DNA from: a virus | Strand: one strand, 5' to 3' | DNA: 64,000 nucleotides | IMG/VR virus record: IMGVR_UViG_3300042197_002234 | Location: 96,001-160,000 of that record | Part shown: positions 18,690 through 26,104 of the stretch, piece by piece | Position numbering within the stretch: the stretch's first letter is position 1 | Layout of the letters: each line of letters begins with the position of its first letter | Notes under the pieces: generated by a model | The model's database searches: none | Told to the model about the DNA's origin: nothing | What the model saw: the letters and a program-made list of their open reading frames with translations, nothing else | Position numbers and translations under genes: made by a program

Positions 18690-19103
18690 TTAAACCGTAT
18701 GAGGAATTTGAACTCTAACACAATTTTGGGGTAATCTATTAATGTGTCGATAGTTATTAATATATCCCATAATATTTCCTGAACCAATTGCGTTTGCTGA
18801 GTGAACAACAACATCAACCACAGGTTTACCATCCATCCATTCATTAACTAACCATTTAGCCACGTCATAACCCGTTTTTTCCTCAATGTTATCATAGTTT
18901 AGTTCGTAATTCTGATAAACATTACGATGCCACTCAGCCATAGCGGTATCACCTAAATCATGGTCTAATGAAATAATATCGATGTTTTCTAACCCAATTT
19001 CATTTACTTTATCAACAAACTCCTCATAAGAACGGACCACAATCCATTTATTTTCTTCAACAGGAGTTCTAACATCATCCAAATAAATTCTTTTCTTTTC
19101 CAT
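18690..19103 (-). CDS. Cyclic-phosphate-processing receiver-like (cREC) protein
   Basis: IYLDDVRTP, SLDHDLG, TGYDVAKWL, VHSAN motifs. Confidence 0.75.
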   Translation of the reverse strand: MEKKRIYLDDVRTPVEENKWIVVRSYEEFVDKVNEIGLENIDIISLDHDLGDTAMAEWHRNVYQNYELNYDNIEEKTGYDVAKWLVNEWMDGKPVVDVVVHSANAIGSGNIMGYINNYRHINRLPQNCVRVQIPHTV

Positions 19104-19202
19104 TTTTAATAACTTTATCAGCAAATATAATCATAATTTCTGTAATAAAAAACCCCACCTATTGGATGGGGTTAATATTTTGAAACCTTGTTGTTTTATT
19201 TT

Positions 19203-19952
19203 TTAATATTTTGTACCGCAGTGAGGACAGAATTTATGAGAATCTTTTTTTCTCTTTGTACCACATTCACCACAATATACTTTTAAATCTTTAGATTCAT
19301 AAGGTTTTTGAGAATTAGGTAATATTTTCCATTCTGAAACCACACTTGACCATGTATCAAATTTCATATTTACATATGAAAATTCTTGGTCACTTTTACC
19401 CCCCATCTCAATACGTCCAGTTTCAATTGATTTCACGTTTGAACTGTATTTACAAGACACTTCTGAAGTGTAGTTTGAATTAGTCATTCCTAAACCATTT
19501 GTGGTGAATGTTGGATTATAATACCTTTTATTAGATGAGTCACCTAACCAGTCGTTATAAACCCAGTCAGTAGACCAATTACCACCATAAGATATTTTAG
19601 GTAATGCTTCGTTATAAAACTCAATTCTAACGTCTCCGTTATTTTGAATTGCTTCCATAACTTCCCTTGAATTGGAATCGACTTCATATGTGTCGAATTT
19701 AAATTTACGGGACTCATCCAAATACCTCTCAAGAAATACTCGTTGACCTGGTTTAAGAACAATACCTCCACCTGAGATATAGGTTCCGTTAATTTTTATT
19801 TTAGATAAAACCGTTGTTTTTGTCGGGTTGAATAACTCAATTTCGAATTCATCCCCATTGTTAAGATAGACATTTTGTCCAAATTGTTTAAGACGTTGTT
19901 TGTCTTTTGTGATAAACGCACATGGCGTTGATTGTTTTGTTTGATAATACAT
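19203..19952 (-). CDS. Hypothetical protein with a C-terminal zinc ribbon
   Basis: C-terminal CGECG..FCPHCG. Confidence 0.7.
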   Translation of the reverse strand: MYYQTKQSTPCAFITKDKQRLKQFGQNVYLNNGDEFEIELFNPTKTTVLSKIKINGTYISGGGIVLKPGQRVFLERYLDESRKFKFDTYEVDSNSREVMEAIQNNGDVRIEFYNEALPKISYGGNWSTDWVYNDWLGDSSNKRYYNPTFTTNGLGMTNSNYTSEVSCKYSSNVKSIETGRIEMGGKSDQEFSYVNMKFDTWSSVVSEWKILPNSQKPYESKDLKVYCGECGTKRKKDSHKFCPHCGTKY

Positions 19953-20096
19953 TTTTTCCTTATTTTAATTTTTATGTTTATTGAACCCCACTTCGTTGGT
20001 AGTTAGCCAACTCAACTGTTACAAGAACAGGTGGACCTCATCAACAAGGTTTCAAGGATAAATATAGTAGTATCTGTTTTTTTTGTAAATGTTTTT

Positions 20097-20939
20097 TTAA
20101 TTTGTAGTACAATTAACAAATTCGTATCCATTACTTGTTTTTCTCCAAACAATAAATACAAGTTCAATTTTACTCAAATCCCAATTGGAATTATAATCAA
20201 TAACACGGGACCAATGGTACACCTCACCACTTGACAAATTGTTAAAAATTTCTTCACCGAAAGCTCCTGATGTGGTTGCGGATTTAGCCAATACGTGGTG
20301 ATGAATGTGGGGATTTTGAGAACTACCATTTTGAGATGCCGTAATCTCTTTATGTAAAAATAATGCAGACATGGTATATACACCTGATAAATTTTCAAAG
20401 GATTTAATATACACATTAACATTTAATTTACCAGCGTTTTTACCCGCACCTTGGGTTATGTGACTACCAATAGATAATTTTGGCGTTTGACTATTTTTAT
20501 TTGTTATTTCACCTGGTATTCCTGAAGTACTTGTACCTACAAAATTGTCATTGACAAAGAAATTAGGCGTGCCTGTATACTGCCATTTTGTAGAAAATTC
20601 ATCAACCAAAGGACCGTTGTCAGGTGTGGTTAACCCATCGTTAATTTGTAAAGACATTGCCAACACATTACCTTTATGGTTGTTATATAATTCCTCAAAT
20701 CTAGTGACACCCCATCCACCACAAGGACCACACCAAGTTGCGGTAAATTTACCAAAAATGGAGTTTTGTGTACTATCAACATACACACAAGACCCGTCAT
20801 TTATAATCGCATTTGGGTTATAATTAACCGATTTTGAATCGGTGCATCCTTTAATTGCCGAATCATCATCAACCAATAATGTTGGTTCTTGACAACTAGC
20901 CAATATAAAGAATAATAAAAATAATAAGTAGTTTTTCAT
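20097..20939 (-). CDS. Omp28-like lipoprotein (thioredoxin fold plus Omp28 domain)
   Basis: Lipobox ILASC; GCTD..NYNP..DGSC; TATWCGPC; GTPNFFVN; HHHVL. Confidence 0.7.
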   Translation of the reverse strand: MKNYLLFLLFFILASCQEPTLLVDDDSAIKGCTDSKSVNYNPNAIINDGSCVYVDSTQNSIFGKFTATWCGPCGGWGVTRFEELYNNHKGNVLAMSLQINDGLTTPDNGPLVDEFSTKWQYTGTPNFFVNDNFVGTSTSGIPGEITNKNSQTPKLSIGSHITQGAGKNAGKLNVNVYIKSFENLSGVYTMSALFLHKEITASQNGSSQNPHIHHHVLAKSATTSGAFGEEIFNNLSSGEVYHWSRVIDYNSNWDLSKIELVFIVWRKTSNGYEFVNCTTN

Positions 20940-21006
20940 AATTAATTTTGAAATATTGTATAGATTATATATACATAAATATAATAATTTTTACTTTAAT
21001 TTAAAG

Positions 21007-21504
21007 TTATTTTATTTCAAACGCACAACGGACAACACGACGTTTTTTAATTGCATCTTCAGTGTTACCAATAACAACACCATCTTTAATGGTAAAAGCG
21101 TGACCACGAACAAGAATGAAAAAAGTACCTTTAGGATTTTGTTTTATAAAAGTACCAACGGTCATTTCACGTTTAATTTTTTGACCTTTAACTTTAACTT
21201 CATAAACCAAAGAATTTGCCATCCAATTATTAGTACGATTACCAACTGTATACACACGTTTACCGTTAACTTCAGTATTATTGTCAGACATATTAACCAA
21301 TTTTGATGAGGTCATAAACGTACCTTTTCTTGGTTTTCTTTTAAAATGTTCGGCAACATATTGGTGAGCAAAATCATAGTCAACTTCAAATGACGAGGCA
21401 AAAGCTCTAACAACACAATCATTTGTTTCACCTTTAGCGATTGAGGATTCAAAATATCCTTTAATAGCTTCGTATCTGTTGCAATATGGGAGTCTGTCAT
21501 TCAT
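21007..21504 (-). CDS. Hypothetical protein (DCVVRA..HAF papain-like signature)
   Basis: Start MNDRLP after a TATCTTTG promoter at 21509-21516. Confidence 0.6.
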   Translation of the reverse strand: MNDRLPYCNRYEAIKGYFESSIAKGETNDCVVRAFASSFEVDYDFAHQYVAEHFKRKPRKGTFMTSSKLVNMSDNNTEVNGKRVYTVGNRTNNWMANSLVYEVKVKGQKIKREMTVGTFIKQNPKGTFFILVRGHAFTIKDGVVIGNTEDAIKKRRVVRCAFEIK

Positions 21505-21555
21505 AATACAAAGATACAAAAAAAATCTGAACCAAAAAAATATTGGTAAAAAAAG

Positions 21556-21629
21556 TGGACCCTGCAGGGCTTGAACCTGCGACCCCTGCATTATGAGTGC
21601 AACGCTCTAACCATCTGAGCTAAGAGTCC
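21556..21629 (-). tRNA. tRNA-CAT, probably Ile2 (lysidine type) or elongator Met
   Basis: Cloverleaf GGACTCT/AGGGTCC-A, loop CT-CAT-AA. Confidence 0.85.
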
Positions 21630-21819
21630 TAAAAATAAAAAATGATGTGGGGTATTCCTATTTAGTTTAAATTAACCAGTAGTCTGTTAATGTACACTTG
21701 TTGGTTTTACATCCCCACACCAATAACACACTCATAAGCATTCTACTTCCAGCTCCGAGAAATCGTATCTAACTTAGCCCATCTCACCGCTGTATGGGTA
21801 CTTAAGTTTATGTGTTTTG

Positions 21820-21891
21820 TAGCCCCTACGGGAATCGAACCCGTCTTTTTAGGATGAAAACCTAATGTCCTAACCGATAGACGAAAGGGCC
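21820..21891 (-). tRNA. tRNA-Glu(TTC)
   Basis: Cloverleaf, TTAGG-TT-TTC-AT-CCTAA. Confidence 0.9.
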
Positions 21892-22427
21892 ATAAATAAA
21901 AGGTGTTGAATCATCCCTACGCCATTATAGGAACACCTTTTGTTTTAATATTTGGCGAATTAATATTCCTACCTATATTCCCAAGATTCGTCAGAACATA
22001 GTAACCATCCAAGGTAGGCCTATACTATTACACTCCGTCCATATTTACTCACCTAATCAGATTAGTCATAGGTTTTTCAGATACAGCGTTCAGTGCTACC
22101 CTCAGGACATCTTCACCCTACCCCATAGTTACGTGGTGGTCTCACTCGGAAGAAGAGTGTGTATTGTAGAATTGTCCAGTATTTCTACAACTTGTGGATT
22201 GTATTATGACTAATTAAAGCCCCTAACCCCCTTAATCCATAATGGGGAACTCTTGTTTTAAAGATTCCAACATACCTGAAAGAACTTCCCCTTCTCAGTG
22301 AACACCGTTTATAAGGTGTTATATGTTTTTCACTTTGTGTGTATCTATCCCCCATAGCCCCAAAGACTTCTAGTCGGGGTTCACACACCATAACAGTCGA
22401 GTACTACTGTTAATCGTGGGGTCATTT

Positions 22428-22519
22428 GCTGATTAAAGGGAATCGAACCCAATCCTCCGACCCCGTTTACCCCTATGAGGGGGCCACTAGGGTCAGTATG
22501 CCCATTACATCATAACCAA
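22428..22519 (-). ncRNA. tRNA-like RNA with an extended anticodon arm (92 nt)
   Basis: Acceptor TTGGTTA/TAATCAG, D-arm ATGT/GCAT, TTCGATT T-loop; arm CTGACCC..GCCCC-TCATA-GGGGT..GGGTCGG. Confidence 0.6.
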
Positions 22520-22568
22520 TCGTCAGTTTCGAACCTGACAGTTCAAGGTTAATTACTCCTTGAGTTTG

Positions 22569-22646
22569 TTGCGATTTGTGGACTCGAACCACACAGGGGG
22601 TGCGACCCAACTCGGTTCATGAGACCGACCTTACACCTGTATCGCA
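22569..22646 (-). tRNA. Atypical tRNA-CAT with a truncated D-arm and long variable arm
   Basis: TGCGAT/ATCGCA acceptor, TCGGT-CTCATGA-ACCGA, TGTGG-TTCGAGT-CCACA. Confidence 0.55.
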
Positions 22647-22651
22647 GTTTT

Positions 22652-22736
22652 TGGTACTCGGAGCGGGACTCGAACCCGCACGGACAATGTCCAGCAGATT
22701 TTAAGTCTGCCTTGGCTACCTTTACAACACCCGAGC
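22652..22736 (-). tRNA. tRNA-Leu(TAA), CCA encoded
   Basis: GCAGA-CT-TAA-AA-TCTGC, long variable arm. Confidence 0.9.
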
Positions 22737-22808
22737 GTTTATTTCAAAGAACACTACAAAGATAAAGAACAAATTTCATATGAACAATACCTTTATAATT
22801 TTTTTTTG

Positions 22809-22912
22809 TCCACTCTGTTGGATTCGAACCAACTTACTCACTCTATATTCGGATACTGCAGTATCAGGCGATATAGAGGTCATCGTGTTTTACCACATAA
22901 CACTAAGAGTGA
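22809..22912 (-). ncRNA. tRNA-like RNA with an extended anticodon arm (104 nt)
   Basis: Acceptor TCACTCT/AGAGTGG-A, D-stem GTGT/ACAC, T-arm GTTGG-TTCGAAT-CCAAC; arm CTCTATAT..GATAC-TGCA-GTATC..ATATAGAG. Confidence 0.65.
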
Positions 22913-22917
22913 ATTTG

Positions 22918-22991
22918 TAGTCGGGGTGGGAATTGAACCCACGACCTTGATGATATAAGCATCCTGCTCTCGACCCCTGAGCTACCCGACC
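22918..22991 (-). tRNA. tRNA-Ile(TAT)
   Basis: Cloverleaf, GATG-CT-TAT-AT-CATC. Confidence 0.85.
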
Positions 22992-23207
22992 AAATGCCCC
23001 CACCCTGAGATTCCAGGTGAGTAGATATATCGGTTTTCTTTCTTTCAATAAACCTGTGGGTCTTACCCTCTTAAAATTAGTCAACACTACTGGGAGGGAT
23101 TGTGTCGGTTCCCTTTGTTCCCACGATGTCCCACTCGCGCCGTAGACATTCTGCGGAATCATTCTTAAAGTCTTGATTCGAAGACTCTGAGTATCTCTTA
23201 CTCATTG

Positions 23208-23279
23208 AGCTTCCACCCAGGGTCGAACTGGGGACTACTGATTACAAGTCAGTTATTTTACCTGCTAAACTACAGAAGC
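23208..23279 (-). tRNA. tRNA-Thr(TGT)
   Basis: ACTGA-CT-TGT-AA-TCAGT. Confidence 0.9.
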
Positions 23280-23289
23280 TTATTTATCG

Positions 23290-23436
23290 TATCTCCGATG
23301 GGAATCGAACCCACCTTGTAAATTACTTGTCAATTGCTCTGACTTATCTCTACAAACTAGTATAAGTAGTGTTAGGCCAATTAACCATCATTTACCCACT
23401 CACTGTTTTTGGTGCGACCTCAACAGATACGGAGAT
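23290..23436 (-). ncRNA. Giant tRNA-like RNA (147 nt)
   Basis: Perfect acceptor ATCTCCG/CGGAGAT-A, T-arm GTGGG-TTCGATT-CCCAT, enlarged D-like hairpin and ~75 nt irregular hairpin in the anticodon position. Confidence 0.6.
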
Positions 23437-23442
23437 GTTTTG

Positions 23443-23522
23443 TACCGAAGGAGAGACTCGAACTCTCACGCCATATGCAGATGCTTCTAAAACATCCGTG
23501 TCTACCATTCCACCACTTCGGC
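23443..23522 (-). tRNA. tRNA-Leu(TAG)
   Basis: GATGT-TT-TAG-AA-GCATC. Confidence 0.9.
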
Positions 23523-23633
23523 AATTTGTGGGTAGGGTCCTCCCACATTAGACTTAAGGTTTCGGATTCTTTAAAGACAATTCCTAAATGTCAACCGCCC
23601 GCATGTCCTTCACCTTAAAGCGGGAGCCCCTTA

Positions 23634-23709
23634 TGGAGCGAGAGACGAGATTTGAACTCGCGACCCCAACCTTGGCAAGGTTGTGCTCTACCAACTGAGC
23701 TACTCCCGC
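23634..23709 (-). tRNA. tRNA-Gly(GCC), CCA encoded
   Basis: AACCT-T-GCC-AA-GGTT cloverleaf. Confidence 0.92.
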
Positions 23710-23917
23710 AATTAAAAGAAACTTTCCTTCTACGCTCACCGTAGTTTTGGATTTTACTGATGGTTGGTTCCCCATCACCTGTTATGAGTGCACCATAGAG
23801 CAGGGTCCATCACAGAGTCCTTCGGGTCATGTACCTTCGTTATAGTTGCGACCTATTTGAAGCCGAAGTACCTTTCAACGGTGCTAATCCGTCTTCTGTA
23901 AGGAAAGGTTCTTTTTG

Positions 23918-23990
23918 AGCAGGTGGAGGTAATCGAAACCTCATCTTCAGAGTGGAAATCTGACATAATATGCCATTATACGACACCTGC
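23918..23990 (-). tRNA. tRNA-Gly(TCC)
   Basis: TCAGA-TT-TCC-AC-TCTGA. Confidence 0.88.
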
Positions 23991-24085
23991 GTATTCGAGT
24001 CAGAGTAGTCACGGCCACCTCTGTTCCTTCTGACTCTTATTATAACCGTGGCAAAATGTGGCTCGACCCAAGTTATAATCATTAG

Positions 24086-24160
24086 TTGCGGGGGTAGGAT
24101 TCGAACCTACGTCATTCGGCTTATGAGACCGAGCTGGAACCAACTCCAGTCCACCCCGCC
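24086..24160 (-). tRNA. tRNA-Met(CAT), initiator-like
   Basis: 1:72 mismatch (G.A), TCGGT-CTCATAA-GCCGA. Confidence 0.85.
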
Positions 24161-24165
24161 ATTTG

Positions 24166-24237
24166 CGGTCCGTGCGGGAGTCGAACCCGCCACACTGCCG
24201 TGACAGGGCAGCATTATAGCCGATTAACTAACGGACC
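24166..24237 (-). tRNA. tRNA-Asp(GTC)
   Basis: CTGCC-CT-GTC-AC-GGCAG. Confidence 0.92.
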
Positions 24238-24243
24238 TAATTG

Positions 24244-24318
24244 TGGAGACAGTGGGAATTGAACCCACCACACTTTCCTTGCAAGGGAAAATCGCCAAGC
24301 CTTGGTACATGTGTCCCC
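24244..24318 (-). tRNA. tRNA-Ala(TGC)
   Basis: G3-U70, TTTCC-CT-TGC-AA-GGAAA. Confidence 0.9.
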
Positions 24319-24411
24319 ATTTTTTTTTCTTCACCAATATGTCAAAGAACCTTTATCTTTTTAACAACACTACAAAGTTACAAAAGAAATTTTAAAAAAA
24401 CAACATCCTTG

Positions 24412-24451
24412 AAAAACAAAAAACCCACCTTTTTATGGGTGGGTTTGGTAT
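24412..24451 (-). terminator. Attenuator terminator of tRNA leader 1
   Basis: AAACCCACC-CATAAAAA-GGTGGGTTT-TTTGTTTTT. Confidence 0.85.
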
Positions 24452-24471
24452 TTCATAGTGTTAGTTTAAAA

Positions 24472-24543
24472 TCATACCATACCCACCTGAGTCAATCCTA
24501 TTGCTTCAGTTGTGCCTAAAAGTATGATATCTAAATTTCTCAT
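24472..24543 (-). CDS. Leader peptide 1 (MRNLDIILLGTTEAIGLTQVGMV*) of a putative tRNA-operon attenuator
   Basis: A-rich initiation context; the last codons GGTGGGTATGGTAT pair 13/14 with ATACCAAACCCACC in the terminator 5' arm. Confidence 0.75.
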   Translation of the reverse strand: MRNLDIILLGTTEAIGLTQVGMV

Positions 24544-24616
24544 TTTTTGCGTTATTGTTTTTTCTTAAATATACCCATTTTTAAAAAAGTATCAATATTA
24601 AGTTTAAAAATACCGA

Positions 24617-24811
24617 TTATTTTTTTGCTTCGGTAATTTTTTCTTTAAACTCAAACCTAATTGTATCACCAACACTATACTTTCGATTGGTACCAATAAT
24701 ACCCGTTTCTAAATGATTTTCAGCGTTTTTTACCTCATAGGTATAGGTTCCGTTAACATCAATGTCACAACAAAGAACCAAAAAAAGTTTAATAATTACA
24801 ATCTCTTTCAT
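24617..24811 (-). CDS. Small hypothetical protein with a hydrophobic N-terminus
   Basis: Start MKEIVIIKLFLVLCC. Confidence 0.5.
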   Translation of the reverse strand: MKEIVIIKLFLVLCCDIDVNGTYTYEVKNAENHLETGIIGTNRKYSVGDTIRFEFKEKITEAKK

Positions 24812-24815
24812 ATGA

Positions 24816-25283
24816 TTAATTTTTAGTAAATGATTTATCTGCCCAAGTTTTAGCACCCATACGCTCCCAAATTTGGATATCACACATTTCAGGGAAAGAA
24901 GTTCTCATGTCACCAACAGTCAACACTTCCAAGAACCCTTTGTCAATACCAAACCACTTTCCGCTCTTGGTGGTGTATACGTTCATCCAATGACCGTACT
25001 CATTTTTAACCTGAATGTTAACCAAGGCGTTTTTCTTGAATCCAGCGATTACGTTTTTAGGGTAATCAGTTGTGTCACTCATTGTAATGAAACCAGCCTT
25101 ACATTTTACTGCCACACGAAACTCATATTTTTTATCAGTGTCTTTAATGTGGTTTGACACCATTACGTTTATTAATTTGTCTTTGATTCGAGTTTTGAAT
25201 GAACCGAAGAATACATCTCCAGCCATTGTTCCTACAGTTTCTACGATAATTGAGCTTGGGGTGTTTGTGTTGGTATTTGTCAT
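24816..25283 (-). CDS. Hypothetical protein
   Basis: Start MTNTNTN after a TATCTTTG promoter at 25305-25312. Confidence 0.65.
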   Translation of the reverse strand: MTNTNTNTPSSIIVETVGTMAGDVFFGSFKTRIKDKLINVMVSNHIKDTDKKYEFRVAVKCKAGFITMSDTTDYPKNVIAGFKKNALVNIQVKNEYGHWMNVYTTKSGKWFGIDKGFLEVLTVGDMRTSFPEMCDIQIWERMGAKTWADKSFTKN

Positions 25284-25342
25284 ATTATTTCCGATTTTGT
25301 TATACAAAGATACAACAAAATTTCAAACTACCAAAACTTTTT

Positions 25343-25804
25343 TTAAAAAAGATAAGAATGTCTGTATTGTAATGGAATTGCTAACCCAAAACCCCAATAT
25401 TTTTCATTAGACACACTATAAGCAATTGCTATATCCCATTGATTTCTTTTTTGAGTTATCATCTTTAATGGGTGAAATTTAACCCAAACTTCAGGTTTTA
25501 TTTCTTTATTGGTATTTGGTAATGTATTGAATTTAATACCCGTACCGATAACTAATCCATTTTTTAAAACACCATAATTAATTCCAAATCTGTTTAAATA
25601 AGGGCTTGGATTCATTTGTCCTATCGGTGCTGAAACCATCCACATATTGTAACCTCCTCCCGCATGAATACCAAACCCTTTGGTGTCCAAGTTTTCCATA
25701 GATAACATAAAACTTTGTTCACCAGGAAAATATGTAATACCTGAGTACTGACCCCACACTTTTGACGTAAAAAATAACGTCAATATAAAAATTATTTTTT
25801 TCAT
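25343..25804 (-). CDS. Secreted or outer-membrane beta-rich protein
   Basis: Signal peptide MKKIIFILTLFFTSKVWGQ; alternating aromatic beta-strand pattern. Confidence 0.6.
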   Translation of the reverse strand: MKKIIFILTLFFTSKVWGQYSGITYFPGEQSFMLSMENLDTKGFGIHAGGGYNMWMVSAPIGQMNPSPYLNRFGINYGVLKNGLVIGTGIKFNTLPNTNKEIKPEVWVKFHPLKMITQKRNQWDIAIAYSVSNEKYWGFGLAIPLQYRHSYLF

Positions 25805-25807
25805 TTG

Positions 25808-25893
25808 TGGAAGTGGTAGGATTCGAACCTACAAGTTTACCGCAAGGGACCTGTTTTACAGACAGGCGAGCACACCATTTGCTCAACACTTCC
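25808..25893 (-). tRNA. tRNA-Tyr(GTA)
   Basis: CCTGT-CT-GTA-AA-ACAGG, long variable arm. Confidence 0.92.
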
Positions 25894-26104
25894 AAGTTAG
25901 GAAAGAGGAAGATGGTTCAGTGGACATCCTCTTTTACGATTGGCGTTACTCAGGTGTATATCTCCAAACTCCGATGATACCGACCGATATACACTCTCAT
26001 GTCATAGGTATCACCATTCCCCAATCAACCTATAATTTTAAACTAACACCATGACTCCTTTCGACCTTGCACGAGTCGTATCATTCAACTCTGTGTTAGT
26101 TTTG

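Noticed and set aside
22809-22912. Intron-containing amber-suppressor tRNA (CT-CTA after ATGAC)
   Set aside because: Removing the insert does not give a paired anticodon stem, there is no group I or BHB signature, and ORFs read normally in code 11
26035-26100. Hammerhead ribozyme
   Set aside because: Has a stem followed by GAAA but lacks the CUGAUGA core (reads UUGAAUGA)
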